In this document: positions 1 to 8,717 of the stretch, piece by piece
How the letters are laid out: every line of letters starts with the position of its first letter
How positions within the stretch are numbered: position 1 is the first letter of the stretch
Assembly: GCA_030040795.1 (NCBI GenBank)
Contig: JASHTA010000490.1
Location: forward strand, 1 to 37,357
DNA: 37,357 nt
Source of the DNA: Gammaproteobacteria bacterium
GTDB lineage: Bacteria > Pseudomonadota > Gammaproteobacteria > Steroidobacterales > Steroidobacteraceae
Direction of reading: 5' to 3'
Made by a program: the position numbers and the translations under genes
Notes under the pieces: generated by a model
Told to the model about the DNA's origin: nothing
The model's input: only the letters and a program-made list of their open reading frames with translations
The model's database searches: none

Positions 1-318
1 AACCGGGATACGGCGTACGTCGTGTATCCTCATGTGCTCGATGGCCTGCGTGGCGTCTTCCTCGATCGAGGCAATGGCGACCGGCGCCCGCATGATGTCA
101 CGCACGGTCAGGGCCGCGGGGCTGCGCTCCTGGGCGAGCACCTCGACGACCAGGTCGCGGTCGGTGACGATTCCGAGCGGCGATCGGTCACCATCCGGAT
201 CGTCGACCACGACGAGATCTCCGACGTGGCGCTGGCGCATGAGCCGCGCCGCGGCGAGTACCGTCGTTTCGGGGCTGCAGCAGGCCGCGTCGGGCGTGCA
301 GATCTCTTTCAGCAACAT
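1..318 (-). CDS. CBS-domain pair protein (5' part; runs off the left window edge)
   Basis: Hand translation of the minus strand from ATG at 318-316 gives MLLKEICTPDAACCSPETTVLAAARLMRQRHVGDLVVVDDPDGDRSPLGIVTDRDLVVEVL...TVRDIMRAPVAIASIEEDATQAIEHMRIHDVRRIPV. These are typical tandem CBS motifs (hVGxLxVVD, GIVTDRDL, IHxVRRIPV). GGAGAG lies upstream of the ATG. It is not in the ORF track because no stop lies within the window. Confidence 0.8.
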   Translation of the reverse strand, partial: MLLKEICTPDAACCSPETTVLAAARLMRQRHVGDLVVVDDPDGDRSPLGIVTDRDLVVEVLAQERSPAALTVRDIMRAPVAIASIEEDATQAIEHMRIHDVRRIPV

Positions 319-379
319 GCTCGACTCTCCTCGACGAGGGGTTGTGCGCAACTTTCGCTGCCGATTGCGGTTCGCTCGC

Positions 380-1351
380 TCATTCGGCAAGCGCCTGAGC
401 GAGCCGAATCAGCCTCTCATCGAGAGGCTTGCGCCGGCCGATCACATCGCGAAGCGCCGTCGGCGTGACTTGTCCGTCGATCATTCCGAGCAATACTCCG
501 TGCCGTCCGGCTCGCAGCTGCTCGACGGCTGCCGTCCCGAGCAACGTCGCGGTCAAGCGGTCGAACGTGCAAGGGGAGCCCCCGCGCTGGACGTGTCCGA
601 GCTTGATCACGCGCAGCTCAAAGCCGAGACGCTCGGCGTGCTGGGTGAAATACTGCGAAAGGGCGTCGGCATTGCGCTCGGCGCCTTCCGCGATCACGAC
701 GATCGCGTGACTCTTGCCGCGCGCATAGGCCTCGCGAACGCTCGTGGCGATCTTCTCCGGGTCTTGCGGAATCTCGGGAATCACGATCGCCTCGGCGCCC
801 CCTGTGATTCCGGCGATGAGCGCGAGATACCCACACGTGCGTCCCATCAGCTCGACGAGGAATACTCGCCCGTGTGCCGATGCCGTGACGCGCAGCCGGT
901 CGATCGACTCGAGCGCAATATCGAGAGCGGTGGTCGCTCCAATCGTCACGTCGGAGCCGGGAAGATCGTTGTCGATCGTCGAGGCAACGCCGACCACCGC
1001 CACGCCGAGCGAGGCCAACGCATGCGCGCCCGCCTGCGAGCCGTTGCCGCCGATGACGACGAGGCCCGACACGTCCCGGTCGCGAAGTTGCCGCGCTGCC
1101 GCCTGCTGTCCCGGCTCGGTGAGAAAGGCGGGACAGCGGCTCGTGCCGAGCACGGTCCCTCCGCGCTGGATGATTCCGCCTACATCGCGTGCTCCGAGAG
1201 GGATGAAATCGCCCGCCATCAAGCCGGCGTAGCCGTGCCTCACGCCTAGCAGCTCGAATCCGAACGACACCCCGGTACGAACGACGGCTCGAATCGCCGC
1301 GTTCATTCCCGGCGCATCGCCGCCGCTCGTGAGGACTGCCACTCGCTTCAT
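380..1351 (-). CDS. pfkA: ATP-dependent 6-phosphofructokinase
   Basis: ORF 380..1444(-). Internal ATG at 1351 gives MKRVAVLTSGGDAPGMNAAIRAVVRTG. PFK motifs are GGDAPGMNAA, IGGNGS, TIDNDL and MGRTCGYLAL. The length of 323 aa is typical of PfkA. Confidence 0.9.
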   Translation of the reverse strand: MKRVAVLTSGGDAPGMNAAIRAVVRTGVSFGFELLGVRHGYAGLMAGDFIPLGARDVGGIIQRGGTVLGTSRCPAFLTEPGQQAAARQLRDRDVSGLVVIGGNGSQAGAHALASLGVAVVGVASTIDNDLPGSDVTIGATTALDIALESIDRLRVTASAHGRVFLVELMGRTCGYLALIAGITGGAEAIVIPEIPQDPEKIATSVREAYARGKSHAIVVIAEGAERNADALSQYFTQHAERLGFELRVIKLGHVQRGGSPCTFDRLTATLLGTAAVEQLRAGRHGVLLGMIDGQVTPTALRDVIGRRKPLDERLIRLAQALAE

Positions 1352-1367
1352 CGTCGAGCCTGCCGCC

Positions 1368-1670
1368 TCACCGGCTGTACCGGCGCGGCGCTGCACGTGT
1401 CGCAAGCCACTCGCGGATTTCGCGCTCGGCCGCGAGCCAGTCATCCATCTCGTGCCCGGCCTCGAATCCTCGTCGCTCGGCTTGGAAGTAGGCGGCCACG
1501 CGGATCATCTCCTCTTGCGCCTCGGCATCGATCGGTGCCTCTCCGTCGCGGAGCGCCGCCCCGCGTCCGCGTGCGCGATCCGATCCGGGTCGCGAGGAAG
1601 AGCGAGCCTGAGGGGCTGTCGAAGAAGAGTGAGCCTGAGAGGCTGTCATGTGGGGGGACGTCATGATCAT
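1368..1670 (-). CDS. Small DUF2934-type protein
   Basis: C-terminal part of ORF 1368..2024(-). ATG at 1670 gives MIMTSPHMTASQ. The core IRVAAYFQAERRGFEAGHEMDDWLAAEREI matches the DUF2934 signature (aYf.aE.RG...G...dDWl.AE.e). It lies 17 nt upstream of pfkA on the same strand. Confidence 0.6.
   Translation of the reverse strand: MIMTSPHMTASQAHSSSTAPQARSSSRPGSDRARGRGAALRDGEAPIDAEAQEEMIRVAAYFQAERRGFEAGHEMDDWLAAEREIREWLATRAAPRRYSR
1597..1647. repeat. In-frame 27-bp tandem duplication (two 24-bp cores separated by gaa)
   Basis: gaagagcgagcctgaggggctgtc / gaa / gaagagtgagcctgagaggctgtc. It encodes TA(S/P)QA(H/R)SSS twice in the N-terminal tail of the DUF2934 protein. Confidence 0.8.
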
Positions 1671-1743
1671 GATCTCCACCGGTACACATCGATGCGTCAA
1701 GATAGACTCGGCGCCGGATGCGCTGAATCGGGACTTGTGCGTA

Positions 1744-1766
1744 CCGTGCGGCCGAGATGTACGTAG
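1744..1766 (-). promoter_or_regulatory. Candidate shared regulatory box (CTACGTACAT-N6-CGCACGG read on the minus strand)
   Basis: Exact 10-mer plus downstream 7-mer also present upstream of ftsH (9637-9656). It sits about 90 nt upstream of the DUF2934-pfkA-CBS operon start, in the divergent region shared with the L,D-transpeptidase gene. Confidence 0.3.
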
Positions 1767-1824
1767 CGGGAAACGAGTGAGTGCCGATTCGATGCGGGGC
1801 GTGTGCAGGCATACTGCACGAGCG

Positions 1825-3555
1825 ATGATTCCCAAGGCGCTTCTCGCGATCCTGGCCGGCGTTTCCCTCACGGGCGCCTGCACCGCGAACTCGAGCCCCG
1901 TTCGCACGGCGATCGAGGCCGCAGTGGCGGACGCGGACATTTCCGGTTGCTCACGGGCCTCGCCGACTACGCTCGCAGCCGTGCCGCGCCGCGCGAAGCC
2001 CGATTGTCCGCGATCGCGAGACATCCACGGGTTGAGCGAGGCATTACGAAGAGTCTACGTCCGCAGCGGCGGCCATCCACTCTGGATCGACTCGCGCGGC
2101 CCCACACCGCAGGCGCTCGCTCTCCTTGCGAGATTGCGCGCCGCCGACGCCTACGGACTGCGACCGGAGGATTACCTGAGCCCGGCGCTGGCCAAGATCG
2201 CGGACCGTGCATCGGTCGACGCATCCGCGGGCACCGACCAGGCCGTTCGGCGGGCACAGTCCGATGTGGCGCTTTCCGCTGCGGCCCTGCGGATCGTGTC
2301 GGATCTGCATTTCGGACGCGTCGATCCGCGCGAGGCGGGCTTTCAGCTCGATACGCCGCGCCAACCCTTCGATCTCGCCGCCGCGGTGGAGCGGCTCTCC
2401 GTCGCGGAAGACGCCGGATCCGTCCTCGCAGCGATCGAGCCGCAGTTCTATCACTATCAGCTGCTCGAAGCGGCGCTCCGCCGCTATCGTGAGCTCTCGC
2501 AGCGGCCGGACCTCACGCGGCTTGCGCCGCTCGTCAGGCCCGTCAGGCGCGGTGAGATATACGCCGGCGCACCCGCGTTGCGAAGACTTCTCATCGCCGT
2601 AGGGGATCTGCCGGCGAGCGACGGCGCCGCCGCCGCGCCGAATCTGCGGTTCGACGCGCCCCTCGCCGGCGCGATCGCGAAGTTTCAGGCGCGCCACGGC
2701 CTTGCCCCGGACGGCGTCCTCGGAGAGGCGACGTACGCCGCGCTCACCACTCCCTTTGCGCATCGCGTGCGCCAGATCGAGCTCACGCTCGAGCGGTGGC
2801 GATGGCTGCCGGCCTTCGACAGCCCTCCGATCATCGTCAACATTCCGGAGTTTAGACTTTTCGCCTTCCGCTCCACCGCCGACCGAAAGGCGAGCATCCT
2901 GCAGATGGATGTGATCGTCGGGAAGAGCTACCCGAGATTTCAGACACCCGTCTTTGCGGCCGACATGACATACGTCGTCTTCCGCCCCTACTGGGACATT
3001 CCCTACAGCATCATGCGGCGCGAGATGCTTCCCTCGATTCGCGCGAACCCCGCGTACGTCGCCGAGCAGCACCTCGAGATCGTAGCGGGGCAGACCGATG
3101 CTGCGCCGGCACTACCGGTCACGGCGCAGAATATCGCGGCGCTCGCGGCCGGAAAGCTGCGCCTGCGGCAGCGGCCGGGTCCCGACAACGCACTCGGCCT
3201 CATCAAATTCATGCTTCCCAATCACTACAACGTCTATCTGCACTCGACGCCCGCGCATCAGCTGTTCAAGGAGCCGCGCCGCACCTTCAGTCATGGCTGC
3301 ATCCGGGTGAGCGATCCCGTCTCGCTCGCCGAGCACGTGTTGCGCAGTGCGGCCGGTGATTGGACCCGCGAGAAGATTCTCGCTGCGATGAACGGAGCCG
3401 CGACTCGGCGCGTGAGCCTGGCCAAACCCATCCGCGTGATGATCTTGTACGGCACGGTACTCGCCACCGAATCGGGCGACGTGCAGTTTTTCAACGACGT
3501 CTACGGCGGGGACAGGAAGCTAGAGGCGCTTCTTGGGCTCCCGCCGGAGAGTTAG
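1825..3555 (+). CDS. L,D-transpeptidase (YkuD domain) with peptidoglycan-binding domain, lipoprotein (YcbB/LdtD-like)
   Basis: ORF 1648..3555(+). MIPKALLAILAGVSLTGAC has a lipobox. The PG-binding motif is FQARHGLAPDGVLGEATYAAL. The YkuD catalytic motif is LHSTPAHQLF...FSHGCIRVSDP. An alternative in-frame ATG lies at 1792. Confidence 0.85.
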   Translation: MIPKALLAILAGVSLTGACTANSSPVRTAIEAAVADADISGCSRASPTTLAAVPRRAKPDCPRSRDIHGLSEALRRVYVRSGGHPLWIDSRGPTPQALALLARLRAADAYGLRPEDYLSPALAKIADRASVDASAGTDQAVRRAQSDVALSAAALRIVSDLHFGRVDPREAGFQLDTPRQPFDLAAAVERLSVAEDAGSVLAAIEPQFYHYQLLEAALRRYRELSQRPDLTRLAPLVRPVRRGEIYAGAPALRRLLIAVGDLPASDGAAAAPNLRFDAPLAGAIAKFQARHGLAPDGVLGEATYAALTTPFAHRVRQIELTLERWRWLPAFDSPPIIVNIPEFRLFAFRSTADRKASILQMDVIVGKSYPRFQTPVFAADMTYVVFRPYWDIPYSIMRREMLPSIRANPAYVAEQHLEIVAGQTDAAPALPVTAQNIAALAAGKLRLRQRPGPDNALGLIKFMLPNHYNVYLHSTPAHQLFKEPRRTFSHGCIRVSDPVSLAEHVLRSAAGDWTREKILAAMNGAATRRVSLAKPIRVMILYGTVLATESGDVQFFNDVYGGDRKLEALLGLPPES

Positions 3556-3556
3556 G

Positions 3557-3589
3557 GGGCGCTATATGGGCGCTATACGGGCTCTATAC
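3557..3589. repeat. 11-bp x3 tandem repeat GGGCGCTATAT/GGGCGCTATAC/GGGCTCTATAC
   Basis: Read directly. It fills the 28-nt gap between the convergent stop codons of the L,D-transpeptidase (3553-3555) and the BON gene (3584-3586), and overlaps the BON stop. Confidence 0.85.
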
Positions 3590-4237
3590 GCGGACCGTGA
3601 GCTCGTTTTTGACGCTGAGGACGCCAGGGGCCGCCCATGCCGCCTGCTGGGCCTGGTCGCGCTCGGCCCACGAGCGCACCTCTCCCCGCAATGTGACCTG
3701 CGAGCCGCTCGCATCGACATGAACGTGCTCTGCATCGATCACCGCATTGCGGCGAAAGGCTTCCTCGATCTTTTGCTTGACATCCGCACGCGTGCCTCTG
3801 TGCATGAGTTGAATGGAATTGCGCACGCTCACGACGCCGGCTACGCGGTGCACTGCGCTCTCGGCGCGCTCGCGCTGGTCGTGCCAATCGAGCGTACCCT
3901 CCAGGACGACTCTTCCGTCGTGGACGATCGGCTTGACGCGTTCCCAGCTCACCGGCAGCTCGAATTTGAGGGCTGCGACCGCATCGCGAGCGATTTCCGG
4001 ATCACTGCGGATCAAGTCCGTGGGCACGCGCACTTCGATGTCGTTCGCGACGGCAGCGACTCCTACGACGCGCTTGGCGGCTGCCTCGGCGCAGTACTTG
4101 TCGGGGTAGCGCGGCACGTAGCCCGTGAGCGTGACGACTCCTCCATTGACCTTCACGGCGATGTCCTTCTCATTCACGTCCGGCGTCCATCGAAGCTCGG
4201 TCTCCACGTCCCGCTGGGTATCGCTATCGGTTCTCAT
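3584..4237 (-). CDS. BON-domain protein (three BON domains, OsmY-like)
   Basis: C-terminal 217 aa of ORF 3584..4600(-). ATG at 4237 is preceded by AGGAGG. The BON pattern appears three times: DIAVKVNGGVVTLTGYV, VKPIVHDGRVVLEGTL and VHVDASGSQVTLRGEV. It lies 38 nt downstream of groEL on the same strand. Confidence 0.85.
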   Translation of the reverse strand: MRTDSDTQRDVETELRWTPDVNEKDIAVKVNGGVVTLTGYVPRYPDKYCAEAAAKRVVGVAAVANDIEVRVPTDLIRSDPEIARDAVAALKFELPVSWERVKPIVHDGRVVLEGTLDWHDQRERAESAVHRVAGVVSVRNSIQLMHRGTRADVKQKIEEAFRRNAVIDAEHVHVDASGSQVTLRGEVRSWAERDQAQQAAWAAPGVLSVKNELTVRV

Positions 4238-4275
4238 GGCTGGCAATCCTCCTGCACGTTCGAACTGGCATGTCC

Positions 4276-5895
4276 TCACATCTCCGCCTCGGCGGGCGTG
4301 TGCTCCTTCGGTCTCTCGGGCTTCTCCGTCATCGTGGCCTCGGTGAGCATCAGCGTGGTCGCGACCGAGACGGCGTTCTCGAGCGCGGTACGCACGACTT
4401 TGACGGGATCGATGATCCCCGCCTCGACGAGGTCGACGAACTGCTTGCGCGCCGCATCGAATCCGATGTTTCCGGTGCCGCTCACCATACGATCGACCAC
4501 CACGCCTCCGTCGGCCGCAGAGTTCTCCGCGATCTGCCGAGTGGGCGCCTCGAGCGCACGACGCAGGATCTGTAGGCCCGTGCGCTCGTCGCCGGAGCAC
4601 TCGGCCTCCACAGCGCTTACGGCGCCGATCGAGCGCAGCAGCGCGAGGCCGCCACCCGGCACGATGCCCTCTGCGACCGCCGCCTTGGTCGAGCTGATGG
4701 CATCGTCGAGCGCCTCCTTCTTGGCCTTCATCTCCGATTCGGAAGGAGCACCCACACGGATGACCGCGACACCGCCGGAGAGCTTCGCGAGGCGCTCCTC
4801 GAGCTTCTCGCGGTCGTAATCGCTCGTCGTCTTCTCGAGCTCCTTGCGGATCATCTGGATGCGCCCGTCGATGTCGCGCTTGTTGCCCGCCCCGCCGATG
4901 ATCGTCGTGTTGTCCTTGTCCACCACGATTCGCTTTGCGCGTCCGAGCTGCCCGAGCTCCACATCCTCGAGCTTCAGGCCGAGTTCTTCGGAGATGACCT
5001 GCGCGCCCGTGAGAATCGCGATGTCCTGCAACATGGCCTTGCGGCGATCGCCGAATCCGGGCGCCTTCACCGCCGCGCTTTTCAGCACGCCGCGGATCTG
5101 ATTGACGATGAGGGTCGCGAGCGCCTCACCTTCGATCTCCTCGGCGATGAAGAGGATCGGTTTGCCCGCCTTGGCCACCTGCTCGAGAAGCGGCAGGATG
5201 TCCTTGATGATGTTGAGCTTGCGATCGCACACCAGCACGTACGCCTCTTCCAGCACGGCCTCCATCGCGCCCGGGTCCGTCATGAAGTAGGGTGAGAGAT
5301 AACCACGGTCGAACTGCAAGCCCTCGACCACCTCGAGGGTCGTCTCGGTGGTCTTGGACTCCTCGACGGTAATGACCCCGTCGCCTCCGACCTTCTCCAT
5401 GGCATCGGCGACGAGATCGCCGATCACCGGATCGTTGTGCGCGGAGACGGTGGCGACCTGGGCCTTCTCCTTGCGGCTTGCGACCGGTTTGGCCATCGCC
5501 TTGAGGGCCTTGACGGCAGCCTCGAGTCCCCGATCGAGGCCGCGCTTCAGGTCGATCGCGCTCGCTCCGGCGGCGACATTCCGCACGCCATCCGAGTAGA
5601 GGGTCTGGGCGAGAATCGTCGCCGTGCTGGTGCCATCGCCAACGACATCTCCCGTCTTCTCCGCCGCTTGGCGCAGCATCTGGGCGCCGAGGTTCTCCTC
5701 CGGGTCCTCGAGCTCCATCTCCTTGGCGATGGTGACCCCGTCGTTGCAAACGATCGGAACGCCCCATTTCTTTTGAATGAGCACGGATTTTGATTTGGGT
5801 CCCAAGGTGATGCGCACCGCATCGGCGAGCTGCGCGGCCCCGCGCAGCACCTTCTCGCGCGCGGCGGATCTGAAAAGGACCTGTTTCGCGGTCAT
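4276..5895 (-). CDS. groEL: Chaperonin GroEL (Cpn60) paralogue
   Basis: [40 protein letters not shown]...[11 protein letters not shown]...[12 protein letters not shown]. Full length is 539 aa. The C terminus is ...[18 protein letters not shown] with no GGM repeats. Confidence 0.95.
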   Translation of the reverse strand: MTAKQVLFRSAAREKVLRGAAQLADAVRITLGPKSKSVLIQKKWGVPIVCNDGVTIAKEMELEDPEENLGAQMLRQAAEKTGDVVGDGTSTATILAQTLYSDGVRNVAAGASAIDLKRGLDRGLEAAVKALKAMAKPVASRKEKAQVATVSAHNDPVIGDLVADAMEKVGGDGVITVEESKTTETTLEVVEGLQFDRGYLSPYFMTDPGAMEAVLEEAYVLVCDRKLNIIKDILPLLEQVAKAGKPILFIAEEIEGEALATLIVNQIRGVLKSAAVKAPGFGDRRKAMLQDIAILTGAQVISEELGLKLEDVELGQLGRAKRIVVDKDNTTIIGGAGNKRDIDGRIQMIRKELEKTTSDYDREKLEERLAKLSGGVAVIRVGAPSESEMKAKKEALDDAISSTKAAVAEGIVPGGGLALLRSIGAVSAVEAECSGDERTGLQILRRALEAPTRQIAENSAADGGVVVDRMVSGTGNIGFDAARKQFVDLVEAGIIDPVKVVRTALENAVSVATTLMLTEATMTEKPERPKEHTPAEAEM

Positions 5896-6172
5896 GGCAT
5901 TGCTCCGTCGTAGCTCGATCTCGACCGCCGTGGGCTCGAGCGGCTCGAGTCGTCCGAATTTTCATCGAGCGTCCCCGCCGGGCGCCATACGCACTTTTCG
6001 CAAGCCGCACGGCACGAAAGCGCTCGGCGGTGCGAGCGTCGCCGTGCTGGGACAATCCCCTATTGCGGTGCGGATGATGCGACTGCCGCAACGGTTCGGG
6101 GACTGAGAGCCTATCGCTCGGCGGAGTGTGTATCCGCAAGCGTTCGATGGAGGAGCCGCTCGCGGTTCAACA

Positions 6173-8059
6173 ATGTCTGAGGAGACCTTGCCGGATCTGT
6201 TGAGGAGGCGCATTGCGCTCACGCCGGCCGCCGAGGCCTACCGGCAGTTCGATTCTGCGTCGGGCCGCTGGGTCGGATACTCTTGGGCGCAGATTGGGGA
6301 ACGCGTCGCGGAGTACAAGAGGGCGCTCCGCGCAGAGGGATTGCCCGGTGGCGCACGCGTCGCGATGATGGTGGCGAACGGCGTCGAGCACGTCTGCATG
6401 GATCAGGCGGCGCTTGCGCTCGGACTCGTCCCTGTGCCACTCCACGTGATCGACAATACGGAGAGTGTGGCGTACGTGCTTGCCGACTGCGGCGCTTCAT
6501 TGCTCTTCGTCGGCTCGGCGACGCGCTGGCAGCTGCTCGAGCCCTTCAGGATGAGACTTCCGGCGCTCCGCCGCGTCATCTACCTCGGCGCGGCTCTTCA
6601 GGCGGAAGTCGAGGCAGAGCCGGAGTTACGGGCGGGCGCAGGTGGCATCGCACGATCTCTCGCGGAGTGGCTCGCTGCGACCCCGCGCGCCGACGATGGC
6701 GCGACGGACGCTTCTCTCGACGCCCATGCGCTGGCGGCGATCGTCTATACCTCCGGGACCACGGGGCGGCCGAAGGGGGTGATGCTCTCTCACCACAACG
6801 TCGTATCGAACGTCCAGTCCATTCTGGCCGCGATTCCCGTGCGCGAATCGGATGTGTTTCTGTCCTTCCTGCCGCTGTCTCATACGCTCGAGCGTACGAC
6901 CGGATACTATCTGCCGATCGCGGCGGGGGCCTGCGTCGCCTTTGTTCGCTCCATGCCGCATCTCATGGACGATCTCCTCGAGATGCGTCCGACGGTGCTC
7001 GTTTCCGTTCCCCGGATCTACGAGCGTGTCTATGCGGGAATCCGCGAATCGATGGAGCATCGCGTCGTTCGACGAGCGCTGTTCGCGCTTGCGGTCCACG
7101 TAGGCTGGTCGCGATTTGCGCGGTCTCAGGGCGGTCGCGCGTGGCTCCGGGGCGGCTTCGCGCAGGCTCGCGGCGCGCGCGCGCGAGCCTCGCGGCCGCT
7201 GGCCCCGCGTTTCCTCATGCGTTTTTTTGAGCCGGCCCTCGATCGCCGGGTCGGCGCACCGGTCCGCGCACGTTTCGGCGGTCGCCTGCGTGCCGCCGTC
7301 ACGGGTGGTGCGCCCATGTCGTCCGAGGTGGCGAGAGCGTTACTCGCGCTCGGTGTCCCGCTGCTTCAGGGTTACGGACTCACCGAGAGCGCCCCGGTCG
7401 TCGCCTGCAACACGCCTGCGGATAATCACCCCGACTCGGTCGGCAAGCCTCTGCCGGGCGTGGACACCCGGATCGGCGATCGTGACGAGCTGCTCGTCCG
7501 CGGGCCGAACGTGATGCTCGGCTATTGGGAGCGTCCGCGCGATACCGCCGAGGCGATCGATGCACAGGGATGGCTTCACACGGGCGATCAAGCCGAGATC
7601 ATCGATGGACGGATCGTCATCCGGGGCCGCCTCAAAGACATCATCGTCACCTCGACGGGCGAGAAGGTGGCGCCAAGCGATCTCGAGGCGGCAATCGGTG
7701 CGGATCGTGCGTTCGATCAAGTCATGGTGATCGGCGAGGGGCGCCCGTACATCGCGGCCCTTTGCGTACTGAATCGAAACTGCTGGAAAGAGGAGGTGAG
7801 CCGGCTCGGGCTCGACCCCGAGGAGGCCAAGGATCTCCGCTCGCCGGCGGCTCGCGAATGGGCCTTGGCACGCATCGCCGAGGCGGTCCGGGGTTTTCCG
7901 GCACACGCAAGGCCGCGCGCCGTGTATCTCACGATGGAGCCTTGGACGGTCGACGCCGGCCTCATCACTCCGACTCTCAAGCCGAAGCGGCCGGCGCTCG
8001 AGTCGCGTTTCGCCGAGGCGATCACTGAGCTCTACCGCGGCCACGCGATCCGCGCATAA
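6173..8059 (+). CDS. AMP-forming long-chain acyl-CoA synthetase (FadD/FACS-like)
   Basis: ORF 6128..8059(+). ATG at 6173 gives MSEETLPDLL. The AMP-binding motif is IVYTSGTTGRPKGVMLSHHN. Other motifs are GYGLTES, WLHTGD and a C-terminal ITPTLKPKR lysine motif. Confidence 0.85.
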   Translation: MSEETLPDLLRRRIALTPAAEAYRQFDSASGRWVGYSWAQIGERVAEYKRALRAEGLPGGARVAMMVANGVEHVCMDQAALALGLVPVPLHVIDNTESVAYVLADCGASLLFVGSATRWQLLEPFRMRLPALRRVIYLGAALQAEVEAEPELRAGAGGIARSLAEWLAATPRADDGATDASLDAHALAAIVYTSGTTGRPKGVMLSHHNVVSNVQSILAAIPVRESDVFLSFLPLSHTLERTTGYYLPIAAGACVAFVRSMPHLMDDLLEMRPTVLVSVPRIYERVYAGIRESMEHRVVRRALFALAVHVGWSRFARSQGGRAWLRGGFAQARGARARASRPLAPRFLMRFFEPALDRRVGAPVRARFGGRLRAAVTGGAPMSSEVARALLALGVPLLQGYGLTESAPVVACNTPADNHPDSVGKPLPGVDTRIGDRDELLVRGPNVMLGYWERPRDTAEAIDAQGWLHTGDQAEIIDGRIVIRGRLKDIIVTSTGEKVAPSDLEAAIGADRAFDQVMVIGEGRPYIAALCVLNRNCWKEEVSRLGLDPEEAKDLRSPAAREWALARIAEAVRGFPAHARPRAVYLTMEPWTVDAGLITPTLKPKRPALESRFAEAITELYRGHAIRA

Positions 8060-8095
8060 GGTCATTGCTCCCGCCAGGCGGCTACATTTGAGCGG

Positions 8096-8587
8096 TCACG
8101 TTTGGCGGTACATTCGAGCGGCGAACCCGAAAGTCTCTGGTGGCACGTAGCCGCGCACGGTACTTGGCGGTTCGTGCACGAGATCCTTGGCGATCTCCGC
8201 CGTGATGATCTGGCGAAGTGCGGCGGGCAGTGCTTCGCGTAGAAGACCGAGGAACGCCGGTGGGGCGATGAGGACCAGCCGGTCGAACCGGGCGGCGCGC
8301 TGCGCCGCCGCGATCTCATGGCCGATCCGGTGGGCGAAGAGAGCCGCCTCGTGCCGGCGCGGCTTGCGGTCGCTTCCGACTCCATGGTGGGCCGTGGAGC
8401 CTCGCCGTCCGGATCGGAGCGGAGCGCGATCGAACTTCCGGCCGGGGCGGTCGGATTGCATTTCGCGGTTGTGAAGATGCGCCAGCGGATCGGAGATCTC
8501 TCCCGCGGGCCGCAGCTCGCCATCGTAGCGTTCCACGTCGTAGAAGCGCGCTTCGCTCTGATCGGCGACAACGACTCTGACACGCAT
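8096..8587 (-). CDS. Host attachment protein family (Pfam Host_attach-like) protein
   Basis: ORF 8096..8626(-). ATG at 8587 is preceded by GAGGAG. MRVRVVVADQSEARFY...SDRPGRKFD...FAHRIGHEIAAAQRAARFDRLVLIAPPAFLGLLREAL...EIAKDLVH matches my memory of the family pattern (W.lVaDg..ARif, sDrpGr, fd.LvlvApP..LG.LR, KDl). Confidence 0.7.
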   Translation of the reverse strand: MRVRVVVADQSEARFYDVERYDGELRPAGEISDPLAHLHNREMQSDRPGRKFDRAPLRSGRRGSTAHHGVGSDRKPRRHEAALFAHRIGHEIAAAQRAARFDRLVLIAPPAFLGLLREALPAALRQIITAEIAKDLVHEPPSTVRGYVPPETFGFAARMYRQT

Positions 8588-8640
8588 CGTTCTGCTCCTC
8601 GGCCACCCAAGCCGATTGCAGCACACTCGGGGTGCCGCCC

Positions 8641-8660
8641 CATCCGTACCAATGCGGATG
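8641..8660. promoter_or_regulatory. 20-bp inverted repeat CATCCG-TACCAATG-CGGATG in a divergent promoter region
   Basis: Perfect 6-bp arms with an 8-nt spacer. It is centred in the 130-bp region between the Host_attach gene (start 8587, minus) and the tandem USP gene (start 8718, plus). Confidence 0.35.
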
Positions 8661-8717
8661 CGCGGCTCCGGCGAACCGGGTATCTATCCCGTGAGGATGG
8701 TTGAGACGGGAGCTCGG

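Noticed and set aside
32-1249. 405-aa plus-strand ORF and neighbouring plus-strand ORFs (22-468, 744-1232)
   Set aside because: They are antisense to the CBS and pfkA genes. They have no motifs and an Arg/Ser-rich composition.
3533-6139. Plus-strand 428-aa ORF (3533-4819) and minus-strand 337-aa ORF (5126-6139)
   Set aside because: They are respectively antisense to the BON and groEL genes and out of frame with groEL. Their Arg/Gly-rich translations have no domain signatures.
5896-6172. Searched the groEL leader for a CIRCE element, a sigma-32-type promoter and a DosR-like box (GGGGATTGTCCC at 6049-6062 on the minus strand)
   Set aside because: No TTAGCACTC-N9-GAGTGCTAA-like repeat is present. 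The CTTG...CCC resemblance to sigma-32 promoters is poor. The GGGxx-GTCCC element has the wrong spacing for a DosR dyad.
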